NCBI GenBank assembly: GCA_050331735.1
Contig: JBHJGN010000022.1
Span: 72,858 to 136,857 of the forward strand
DNA: 64,000 nucleotides
From: Cyanophyceae cyanobacterium
GTDB lineage: Bacteria > Cyanobacteriota > Cyanobacteriia > Cyanobacteriales > JBHJGN01
Reading direction: 5' to 3'
Positions 20,334 to 28,714 of the stretch are shown here, piece after piece. Each line of letters starts with the position of its first letter. Position 1 is the stretch's first letter. A program made the position numbers and the translations under genes. Below the pieces are notes generated by a model. It did not search any database. It saw nothing but the letters and a program-made list of their open reading frames with translations, and was not told the DNA's origin.

Positions 20334-23300
20334 GTGGCTAAAAGAAGGCGGCGAGGAGTAGTACTGACTCCTGAAGGACTAGACAAGTTTCAGTCTGCCA
20401 GACTGAAATCTGAATCAGAACACAACTACGGCGAACGCTACACTTACGAGAAGTTGAGCGAAATTACCTATTTAGATATCCACACTATTAAAAGAGTCCT
20501 GGATTGTCAAGAAGGAGTAGACAAGCGGACCCTCGAACGACTGTATATTAGCTTTGAGCTAGAACTCACCGAAGACTGCTACACCCAACCCAACCCCCAT
20601 CGGCGGAGAAGCTGGGGCGAAGCGATGTGCGTCGCTACTTTTTACGGGCGGACTGGGGAGCTATCTATTTTAGAAGGGTGGCTCCTCAAAGACCGCTGCC
20701 GAATCGTCACGCTATTAGGCATGGGGGGAGTCGGCAAAACCTGTTTGTCGGTGAAGCTGGCGAGACAGGTTCAGGAACGGTACGATTTGGTGTACTGGTG
20801 TAGTTTGAGAGATGCTCCGCCGGTAGAAGAAGTGCTCATAAATGCTGTCGAGTTTCTCTCCGATGAGAAAGAAACAGCCGCAGATTTACCAGATAGCCTC
20901 AAGGGCAAGATTTCGCGGCTGATCGAGTATCTGCGGGAATCGCGCTGTTTGCTGGTGCTAGACAATATGGAGTCGATGCTCTGTAGCGGCAAACGAGCCG
21001 GACAGTTTCGCGAGGGGTATGAAGGGTATGGAGAGCTACTGCGGCGTCTTGGTGAAACCGAGCACCAGAGTAACATTCTGCTGACCTCAAGAGAAAAACC
21101 GAAGCAGGTGGCCTTTCTAGAGGGAGAGGAACTGCCTGTGCGGACTTTCCGGGTTGGCGGCTTAGCCGAGGAAGCCGGAGAGGAACTGCTCAAGCTCAAG
21201 GGATTGTCGGGAACTGAGCCAGAGTATAGAGCTTTGATCGAGCACTACGGCGGCAATCCTCTCGCCTTGAAGGTGGTGGCGACGACGATTCGCGATCTGT
21301 TTGCCGGAGATATTGGTGACTTTTTAGCCCACGAAACGGCGGTTTTTGGAGATATCCGTGACCTGTTGGATCAGCAGTTCGAGCGGCTTTCGGATGTTGA
21401 GAAGGAGATTGTCTACTGGCTGGCCATTAATCGGGAGTCGTCGACCATTGCCGATGTACAGGAAGATATGGTTTCGGCTGTTCCTAAACAGTCTTTGCTA
21501 GAGGGGTTGGAGTCGCTATCGCGGCGGTCTTTGGTAGAGCGGGATGCCTCGCGGTTTACGCTGCAAAACGTGGTCATGGAGTACGTGATTAACTGTTTTG
21601 TGGAGCGGGTTTGCCAGGAGATTGTTTCTTTGCAGCTCAAGTTATTTCGCTATCATGCGGTGATTAAAGCGACAGCGAAGGACTACGTGAGGGAAACCCA
21701 AACGCGGCTGGTGCTTCAGCCAATTCTGGATGGGTTAACGGTTTTTTTTAAGTGTAAGCAGAACGTAGAGGGGGGGCTGAATAAGGTTTTATCTCTGTTG
21801 CGAGAGGGTCCGCCCTTGGAGATGGGGTATGCCGGGGGGAATGTGTTGAATTTGCTATGCCATTTAGGGACAGATCTGACAGGCTATGATTTTTCTAATT
21901 TGGCCGTGTGGCAGGCGGATTTGCGGTGTGTTTGTTTGCATGACGTGAATTTCCAGAATGCGGATTTATCTAAGTCAGCGTTTGCCGAGGCATTTGGTGG
22001 GATTTGGTCAGTGGCTTTTAGCCCTGATGGGACGATTTTGGCTGTGGGAGATACTAAAGGCGAGATTCTTTTACGACAAGTAGAAAACGGTCGGCCAATT
22101 TGTAGCTTCAAAGGACACAATGGTTGGGTAGTCTCCCTGGCTTTTAGTCCTAATAGTAATACTTTGGCAAGTAGTAGCTGTGACTGTACAGCCAAGCTAT
22201 GGGATATTAACACTGGTCAATGCCTTCATACTTTAAAAGAACATACACAAGAAGTCTGGTCTGTGCTCTTTAGTCCCGATAGTAAAACTTTAGTAAGTGG
22301 GTGTGATGATAACAAAGTAAGACTATGGGATGTATCTACAGGCAAATGTTTCAAGGTTTTCCAGGGACATACAGATTGTGTGCTTTCGGTAGTCTTTAAT
22401 TTAGATGGACGAGAAATACTAAGCGGAAGCCACGATAATACAATTAGGCTCTGGGATATTGAGAGTGGGAAGTGCAAAAAAACTTTTCATGGGCACGATG
22501 ATGGAGTACGATCTCTTGCTGTTAGTTCAGACGGTCAAACTTTTGCCAGTAGTAGTAACGATTGCACGATTAGACTTTGGAATATACAAACGGGTGAATG
22601 CCTCAAAGTTTTTCAGGGGCACACTAATGTAGTATTATCTGTCGATCTTTGCTTGCAGAGCAGTCTTCTAGCTAGTAGCAGTATCGACCAAACAGTAAGA
22701 CTGTGGGATGTTGGCACAGGGGAATGTCTAAAAGTTTTTCACGGGCACTCTAATTACGTTAACTCAGTCGATTTTAGCCCGCAGAACAATTTTTTAGCTA
22801 GTGGTAGTCACGATCAGACAGTGCGACTGTGGAATACTAAGACTTATCAATGCTTTAAAACTTTTCAGGGACACAACAGTCAAGCTCTTTCAGTTGTTTT
22901 CAGTCCAGATGGTCAGATGCTAGCCAGTGGCGGACACGACCAAAAGGTAAGGCTGTGGGATATTGGTATTGATCGAGCTATTAAAACACTTCACGAACAT
23001 ACCAATTGGGTTTGGTCAGTAGCTTTTAGCCCTCAAGGTAATCTTTTAGTTAGTGGTAGTGGTGACAGAACTGTAAGATTGTGGAATGTCAGTACGGGAA
23101 AGGCCATCAAAATATTTCAGGGTCATCAGGCTGTAGTTCGCTCAGTTGCTTTTAGTTCTGACAATTGTACCCTAGCCAGTGGTAGCGAAGATAAAACAAT
23201 TAGACTCTGGGATATTAATACTAGTCAGACTTTAGGAGTTTTGCAGGGACATCAAGCTGAAATCTGGTCAATAGCCTTCAGTCCCGATGGCCAAATGTTG

Positions 23301-23870
23301 GCAAGTAGTTCCTTAGACGGAACGGCAAAGCTATGGGATGTCCATACTGGTAGCTGTCTTAAAACTTTGGAAGGACACACAGCTTGGGTTTGGTCAGTAG
23401 CTTTTTGTCCAGATAACAAAACTTTAGCAACTACTAGCCCAGATCAAACTTTAAGACTTTGGGATGTTGGTACTGGTGAGTGCAAAACAATTTTGCATGA
23501 GGATATAGGGTATTCACAGTTAGTTGCTTTTAGTAAAGATGGCCGGATAATAGCTAGCTGCAACCACAATCACAACATTAGATTGTGGAAGGTTAATACT
23601 AAAGAATGCTTCAAGGTATTGCCGGGTCATAAAGCTTTGATCAATTCGATTGCATTTTGTCCTGACAATTACACTCTGGTTAGTAGCAGTGAAGATGAAA
23701 CAATCAAATTCTGGAATATCAGAAGTGGAGACTGTATTAAAACTTTGAAGATTGAGAAACCTTACGAAGATATGAATCTTATGGGAGTTACTGGTTTAAC
23801 TGAAGCAGCCATAGATTCGCTCAAAGAACTCGGAGCAATTAGCAGCTTGCCAGATATAAGTTCGAAATAG
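20334..23870 (+). CDS. HTH / NB-ARC (STAND NTPase) / WD40-repeat protein
   Basis: N-terminal XRE-like HTH, GMGGVGKT Walker A, LLVLDN Walker B, LTSRE, GNPLAL, short pentapeptide-like stretch, 14 WD40 repeats. Confidence 0.92.
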   Translation: MAKRRRRGVVLTPEGLDKFQSARLKSESEHNYGERYTYEKLSEITYLDIHTIKRVLDCQEGVDKRTLERLYISFELELTEDCYTQPNPHRRRSWGEAMCVATFYGRTGELSILEGWLLKDRCRIVTLLGMGGVGKTCLSVKLARQVQERYDLVYWCSLRDAPPVEEVLINAVEFLSDEKETAADLPDSLKGKISRLIEYLRESRCLLVLDNMESMLCSGKRAGQFREGYEGYGELLRRLGETEHQSNILLTSREKPKQVAFLEGEELPVRTFRVGGLAEEAGEELLKLKGLSGTEPEYRALIEHYGGNPLALKVVATTIRDLFAGDIGDFLAHETAVFGDIRDLLDQQFERLSDVEKEIVYWLAINRESSTIADVQEDMVSAVPKQSLLEGLESLSRRSLVERDASRFTLQNVVMEYVINCFVERVCQEIVSLQLKLFRYHAVIKATAKDYVRETQTRLVLQPILDGLTVFFKCKQNVEGGLNKVLSLLREGPPLEMGYAGGNVLNLLCHLGTDLTGYDFSNLAVWQADLRCVCLHDVNFQNADLSKSAFAEAFGGIWSVAFSPDGTILAVGDTKGEILLRQVENGRPICSFKGHNGWVVSLAFSPNSNTLASSSCDCTAKLWDINTGQCLHTLKEHTQEVWSVLFSPDSKTLVSGCDDNKVRLWDVSTGKCFKVFQGHTDCVLSVVFNLDGREILSGSHDNTIRLWDIESGKCKKTFHGHDDGVRSLAVSSDGQTFASSSNDCTIRLWNIQTGECLKVFQGHTNVVLSVDLCLQSSLLASSSIDQTVRLWDVGTGECLKVFHGHSNYVNSVDFSPQNNFLASGSHDQTVRLWNTKTYQCFKTFQGHNSQALSVVFSPDGQMLASGGHDQKVRLWDIGIDRAIKTLHEHTNWVWSVAFSPQGNLLVSGSGDRTVRLWNVSTGKAIKIFQGHQAVVRSVAFSSDNCTLASGSEDKTIRLWDINTSQTLGVLQGHQAEIWSIAFSPDGQMLASSSLDGTAKLWDVHTGSCLKTLEGHTAWVWSVAFCPDNKTLATTSPDQTLRLWDVGTGECKTILHEDIGYSQLVAFSKDGRIIASCNHNHNIRLWKVNTKECFKVLPGHKALINSIAFCPDNYTLVSSSEDETIKFWNIRSGDCIKTLKIEKPYEDMNLMGVTGLTEAAIDSLKELGAISSLPDISSK

Positions 23871-23912
23871 AGGTTGCAAATTAACAAGATAAGCAAATTA
23901 CAATAGGATTAA

Positions 23913-23936
23913 GAGCAGATTCTGTAATACCTGCTC
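23913..23936. terminator. Possible bidirectional hairpin between convergent units
   Basis: GAGCAG-N12-CTGCTC in an AT-rich context. Confidence 0.35.
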
Positions 23937-23990
23937 TCAATTGTTTGGTTTTTATTACTACGTTACCTGGTTAAGTGTAGTCAAATCTAC

Positions 23991-24134
23991 TCAAAAATAG
24001 CAGACAATGTCACTGGTTAGGTCTTGTTTAAACTCCTCAATTAAGATATCTGCGAGTTCAATTTTAAGTTCTAACTCGTTTAAGACTTCAAAGCTGTTTT
24101 CAACGTGCTTGATTTCTGTAGCTGTAGTAATCAT
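23991..24134 (-). CDS. 47-aa acidic small protein, candidate precursor peptide
   Basis: AAAGGAG RBS upstream of ATG; hand translation MITTATEIKHVENSFEVLNELELKIELADILIEEFKQDLTSDIVCYF*; co-oriented directly downstream of the heme-oxygenase-like gene. Confidence 0.7.
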   Translation of the reverse strand: MITTATEIKHVENSFEVLNELELKIELADILIEEFKQDLTSDIVCYF

Positions 24135-24251
24135 TGCAAAATTCTCCTTTGGGTTAATTCAGAAAGTAAATTTAAGATTGCTTGAGACCGAATATCTGTT
24201 TTATTCGGATGAGGGTGTAATCGCGTAATGCGCACAACGAGCGTACTTCGC

Positions 24252-25220
24252 CTACAGGCTTTTCTCTAAATTCAGCGGATTCAATCTCTGCTGAATTTCT
24301 TCATCTGAGATGTAGCTTTCAGTTGGCGGACTAAAACACAACAGTGCCGTTTCATAACAGGCTCGCGCTACACGATCGCGCTCTTTGGCAGAAAGCTCTG
24401 CTACCATTGCAACTGTCTCTTCTACGTGTTCTGCATCAGCACCAACACTACTGTGTACGCGCAGGCAGCGGGTAGTATGTACGTTAGCAGGTAGCAAATC
24501 CTCTACCTTTTGGATGTACTCCTCGCTAATGCCCATCGCTAGGCGTTCCATCGTATAGGAATAACCCACACTATCAATTGGGTCATCATCCTGTACGCTA
24601 CGAGTAAAGTAGTCCATCAAAGCTACCGCAGCAGGAGGGACGAGTGCTTTCACTACTGCTTCGGCATCGTATCCCAGGGCTTGAATATCGCGGAGAGCAA
24701 GCAGATCGTGTCCGGCTTCCTCTTGAGCCTTTTCTCTGGCCCACTGTGCCAGTGTAGAGCGACCAGTTAGCGCAAACCGTCGAGCCGCTTTTTGCAACGA
24801 TGCTGGAACAGAGTGAGTTAAATGATAAGAACCAGCTAAGCGCCATACCCAGCGCGTTGCTGTCAACGCAGGGGGTCTCACATCTGAATTTACTGCATAC
24901 TTAGCCGCCGCGATCGCCCCATCTAACAGTTGACGAGTAGTTGCTACACTTCCGGCCTTTTCCATTGGCTGAGACAGATACAGCAGAGAAGGACTTAGCG
25001 GCGGGGTGTTTGCATCTATCTGAAGCAGCCATGCTCGCTCAGCAGAGGCAACAACAACTTTGTTGGGTGCAATCTTCGCCCATTCTACATCAGGAGAATT
25101 AGCGTAATGGGTCGAGAAACCCTCTCTATCGAGTTGAGATGCATTGGTTTTATCCAGAGTGAAGGAGACACTCGGATCTCTTTCCCGCTTGTGAGCAGGA
25201 TGGTTCTGATTAAAGTTCAT
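24252..25220 (-). CDS. Heme-oxygenase-like (HDO/PqqC-like) diiron-type protein, ligand set intact
   Basis: Predominantly helical; EEAGHD, YTME and RVHSSVGADAEH match the E..H / E / H..D..H pattern. Confidence 0.7.
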   Translation of the reverse strand: MNFNQNHPAHKRERDPSVSFTLDKTNASQLDREGFSTHYANSPDVEWAKIAPNKVVVASAERAWLLQIDANTPPLSPSLLYLSQPMEKAGSVATTRQLLDGAIAAAKYAVNSDVRPPALTATRWVWRLAGSYHLTHSVPASLQKAARRFALTGRSTLAQWAREKAQEEAGHDLLALRDIQALGYDAEAVVKALVPPAAVALMDYFTRSVQDDDPIDSVGYSYTMERLAMGISEEYIQKVEDLLPANVHTTRCLRVHSSVGADAEHVEETVAMVAELSAKERDRVARACYETALLCFSPPTESYISDEEIQQRLNPLNLEKSL

Positions 25221-25292
25221 AATTCACTTAGAAATTAAATACGCAGTGGAATTGAAATCGGCATGGCTAACCTTACTAGTGAGAACCTTCGC

Positions 25293-25312
25293 GTTTTGTT
25301 GGCAGACAAAAC
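25293..25312. promoter_or_regulatory. 20-bp pseudo-palindromic site, copy 1
   Basis: GTTTTGT-TGGCAG-ACAAAAC, 73 bp from the start codon at 25220. Confidence 0.75.
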
Positions 25313-25499
25313 GATTCCCCATCAGGAATAACCATTACCATTGACTCTTTTGCAACCAGGCTTAATTATTTAAGACTGTCAAAAGAGTTTGGTAAACACT
25401 CTGCCCAAACGGGCATAGCTTTACCTAACGACCAACTAGCAGGCTAGCTGGCTTTGGCGATCGCGTTACACTGGCAGGCATAACGTTTTTCAACCAAAT

Positions 25500-26408
25500 C
25501 TACGAATTCAGCGTTTTGAGGATGAGCTGAATTTCAAAATCTGAGACAATATGCTGTCGAGAACGGTTAAAACACAACAGCGCCGTTTCATAGCAGGCTT
25601 TCGCCACACAGGTCCGTTCAGCAGCCGTCAGTCCTGCAACCATCTCAACGGTTTCTTGAACATCTTCACAATCAATGCCCACGCTTCCGTGCAGCCACGG
25701 GCGACTAGCCGCAGCAGGATTGGGCGGCAGCAGTCCTTCGACAAGCTGGATATACTCTACACCAATTCCGGTGGCAATCCGCTCAATGGTATAAGAATAG
25801 CCCACACAGTCAATCGGATTACGGCTTTGGACCCCGAGAGCCAAATAATTGAGCAAATTATCGGCTTGAGCGGGATGCAATGCTGAGATAACGGCTTCGG
25901 CATCGTAGCCTAAGCACTGAATATCTCGTAAAGCCGCTCCATTGTAATCCTTTTCCCGACTCGCTTTCTGTCTGGCCCAGGTGGCTAAAGACGAGCGATG
26001 AGTACTTGCAAAGCGGTGCGCCGCTTCTGCCATTAATGTCGGTGTTAGGCACGTCAGATGGTAGTGTCCGGCTAGTCGCCAAATCCAGCGCGCCAGCGTT
26101 AAATCCGGCAGGATCACGTAAGAATATCGCTGGTAGGCAGCGGCGATCGCACCATCTAAAAGACTCTGCGTTGAAGCCACACTCCCACTCATGTCCGCCA
26201 TCGGTTGAGCAAAACGGTCTGAATCGCTCGAACCGTGGGGATAGAGCCAAACACTACTGGCCGTTGCAACTACTAGAGTTTCTGGTGAAAGTCGTGCCCA
26301 TTGAGTGTCAAGGGAATTAGCAAGACGCGCCCGAGGAGTCGCTGCTACCGGTGCAAAGAAGATCCGACTCGGGTCTTCTGGTCCGGCTCGATAGTCGTCA
26401 TTGTTCAT
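25500..26408 (-). CDS. Paralogous heme-oxygenase-like protein with degenerate metal ligands
   Basis: Shares LLDGAIAAA, RWxWRLAG, ALRDIQxLGYDAEAV, GYSYTxER and ACYETALLCF with 24252..25220; EEAGH becomes REKDY and DAEH becomes DCED. Confidence 0.7.
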   Translation of the reverse strand: MNNDDYRAGPEDPSRIFFAPVAATPRARLANSLDTQWARLSPETLVVATASSVWLYPHGSSDSDRFAQPMADMSGSVASTQSLLDGAIAAAYQRYSYVILPDLTLARWIWRLAGHYHLTCLTPTLMAEAAHRFASTHRSSLATWARQKASREKDYNGAALRDIQCLGYDAEAVISALHPAQADNLLNYLALGVQSRNPIDCVGYSYTIERIATGIGVEYIQLVEGLLPPNPAAASRPWLHGSVGIDCEDVQETVEMVAGLTAAERTCVAKACYETALLCFNRSRQHIVSDFEIQLILKTLNS

Positions 26409-26480
26409 CGTTATTGACCCAAGAATTCAATACGCTCTATGAGGAGATGCCAGGAACCGAAGCTAACTTAAAGTGGACTC

Positions 26481-26500
26481 GTTTTGTTGGCAGACAAAAC
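26481..26500. promoter_or_regulatory. 20-bp pseudo-palindromic site, copy 2
   Basis: Identical to copy 1, again 73 bp from the start codon (26408). Confidence 0.75.
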
Positions 26501-26503
26501 CGC

Positions 26504-26854
26504 TTAAGTTAACGACGTTTCTAGCTTGGCTTCTACCCATTCTTCGATGAGTTGAGAAAGCACCAACCGCATTGGCACTTGCTCTTGCGTACAGAGGACT
26601 TTAAGCTGGACCTTGAGAGACGGAGGCACGTAGGCACTAATCGTTTCTACGTTGGTCTCCAGGGAGGACTCAGCCTTCTTCAGGGCTGGTTTCTCAGCTT
26701 GAAGCCAGTTCCTCAGCAGTTGCTCTAGAATCACGCTCATATTTAATTCGTGTTGAGCGCAGAGAATCTTAAACTGAAGTTTAAGACGACTAGGAACAGT
26801 GGCTTTGACGACAACGCTTTTTTCTCTGTTGTGATACTTCACTGTTGGTGACAA
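26504..26854 (-). CDS. Tandem ribbon-helix-helix (ParG/CopG-like) DNA-binding protein
   Basis: Two internal repeats: VKATVPSRLKLQFKILC...LLRNWL and ISAYVPPSLKVQLKVLC...LIEEWV. Confidence 0.75.
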   Translation of the reverse strand: MSPTVKYHNREKSVVVKATVPSRLKLQFKILCAQHELNMSVILEQLLRNWLQAEKPALKKAESSLETNVETISAYVPPSLKVQLKVLCTQEQVPMRLVLSQLIEEWVEAKLETSLT

Positions 26855-27110
26855 AAGAATAGAGTGTGAACGTTACTAATTACTATTCAGCACCTTCATC
26901 ATTTTCACCAGGGAAGTTTTGGGAGATAACTAAAAAAGTTGACGCGGGGTGCGGCTGGTGTGTTTGCTAATTTCAACAAGCCAACTGATATCGTTGACGC
27001 CACCCTGTTTTTCAGCTACACTAGAAAAAATTAAGTTCGTAAAAAACTTAAGAATTAAATACGCTTTGTGTCGGGGGCAAACGTCACCTTAGCAATCTCG
27101 GTTGAATCAA

Positions 27111-27130
27111 GTTTTGTTGGCAGACAAAAC
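27111..27130. promoter_or_regulatory. 20-bp pseudo-palindromic site, copy 3
   Basis: Identical GTTTTGTTGGCAGACAAAAC upstream of the RHH gene. Confidence 0.7.
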
Positions 27131-27669
27131 TTTTCTGAGTCTGTGCTGGCGGTTGTCTCCTTTTTTATGGGCGGGTACTGCCCAGAGGGGTAAATAACTG
27201 GCAGTAGCTGGTCGGTAACGGCAACTTTCAATCCCGGCAGAAGACCGACGGGGATCGTGCAATTTGTTAGGTAGCAAAGTGATAAAGGGATAATCTACAC
27301 TTACTACTTTTATTTGTTTTAGCCGTTTTAGGCCAGTGAAGTTAAGGAAGTTAAAAAACAGTGCTGCCGGATGAAGGGAAAAAGCAACTTGTTCAATCGC
27401 TCTCAAGGATTTATGAAAAGCCTTAGCAGAGCAGCAACGGTTTGACAAATAATCTTTAGCAAAGAAAGGTCTGTTCACCCTGATGGCAATCTTGGCTATA
27501 GATGGGCAATCGTACAGCCTTTCGTTTAAGCTATCTAGCTATGCTAGCACAAGCAAGAGCGGTTTGGCGTCTCTGTTTGGGTTTGTTACAGGATGAGGAA
27601 ATTCTCGACCGCGATTAAGACGACGCACAGATAGGGTTAAGCATGAAAGGTTTCAGTCCCGTTAGCCAT

Positions 27670-28086
27670 CTAGCTTTCCCCTGCCATTCTCCGAATAAAT
27701 TCCAGCGGTAACCCATCGGTATCGGCGATAAAAGTCACTTCATAAACGCGATCGCCAATGAGCTGCTGCGTTGGCTCTAGCAACACCTTCAGCGGCGCTT
27801 CGACTCGCGCCTGTAGCTGCTCTAACCACGTTAGCAAATCGTCTATCTGCTCCGTGACATCAAAAGAAAGATGATAGTATCCCACGTAATGCTCATCACC
27901 AAAGGCATCAGGAGCCGGGTGAGGTTCGGGAATTTGGATCAGCTCAAGGCGTCCCCCGAGCCCCTCTAGCCAGCAGGCCAGAGTATAACCGGCGGTGAAG
28001 CGTTCGCAGACCGTGAAACCCAACTGCTCGTAAAAGGCGATCGCTCGATGAATATCGGCGGTTCGGATCGAGACGTGGTGTAGCAT
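27670..28086 (-). CDS. VOC/glyoxalase-family protein
   Basis: MLHHVSIRT...FYEQLGF, YYHLSF, DTDGLPLE; start moved to ATG 28086 to avoid overlap with the upstream gene. Confidence 0.85.
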   Translation of the reverse strand: MLHHVSIRTADIHRAIAFYEQLGFTVCERFTAGYTLACWLEGLGGRLELIQIPEPHPAPDAFGDEHYVGYYHLSFDVTEQIDDLLTWLEQLQARVEAPLKVLLEPTQQLIGDRVYEVTFIADTDGLPLEFIRRMAGES

Positions 28087-28090
28087 TGCT

Positions 28091-28594
28091 CTACTCAAAC
28101 ATCCGGAAGTAGGGATAGCGAACCGGCACTCCTGGCTCTTTTTCAAGGTCAAAGTTAATCACTTCCCAGCAGGGTTCGTCGGCTGGCTCCGCGCTAAATT
28201 CCACCGGAAGACCGTAGAGACGCGGACCCTGCTCGGTCCCTCGCCAGGGTTTATTTCGGTCTAGATAATCGCCGACCAACTCGCGGTAGCGACTCGCAAT
28301 AATCACTTTTGTGGCTTTATATCCTTGGGTATAGAGCCGGTCTAAGGCTTCGTGAATTTCAAAGCGAATTCCGTCTGGGTGCGTATGCTGTCGATACCAG
28401 CTCTCTTGCCAGCGTCGCCAGTGCCGCCCAGACTGCAAATGAACGAGTTCTTCGGTTCTCGGATCGGCCTCAAAAGCACCGTGACGAGGACACAAATACG
28501 TATCGGTGAGTGTTAAAGCGGAAATAAGCTGGCGACAGTGGGGACAGCGAATCTCGGGACCAAAGATCGGATAGTGTAAGCTGGGATTCATCAT
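28091..28594 (-). CDS. Conserved cyanobacterial protein (TIGR02652-like)
   Basis: YPIFGPEIRCPHCRQ...YLCPRHGAFEA, HTHPDGIRFEIHEALDRL. Confidence 0.8.
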   Translation of the reverse strand: MMNPSLHYPIFGPEIRCPHCRQLISALTLTDTYLCPRHGAFEADPRTEELVHLQSGRHWRRWQESWYRQHTHPDGIRFEIHEALDRLYTQGYKATKVIIASRYRELVGDYLDRNKPWRGTEQGPRLYGLPVEFSAEPADEPCWEVINFDLEKEPGVPVRYPYFRMFE

Positions 28595-28714
28595 GGAGAA
28601 CCTGTCTCGACAAGAAAGGGCGTTCGCCAGTACCTGTGGCTCTATTATAGAGGAGGAACCTCAGCTTCTAACGACCTGTAGGGTTATTTACGCTCTTTCA
28701 AACCTCGATTAGCC

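Noticed and set aside
24007..24228. 73-aa plus-strand ORF in the track
   Set aside because: It is the antisense shadow of the 47-aa minus-strand ORF, which has the RBS and the operon orientation.
25320..25420. 31-aa minus-strand ORF (MPVWAECLP...) between the HDO paralogues
   Set aside because: Weak RBS, no similarity to the 47-aa peptide, and it abuts the promoter cassette.
26504..26854. Plasmid partition system suggested by ParG resemblance
   Set aside because: No ParA/ParF ATPase or replication gene nearby, and the flanks are chromosomal housekeeping genes.
27107..27478. 123-aa minus-strand ORF upstream of the RHH gene
   Set aside because: No recognisable motifs or RBS, and it runs through the regulatory site.
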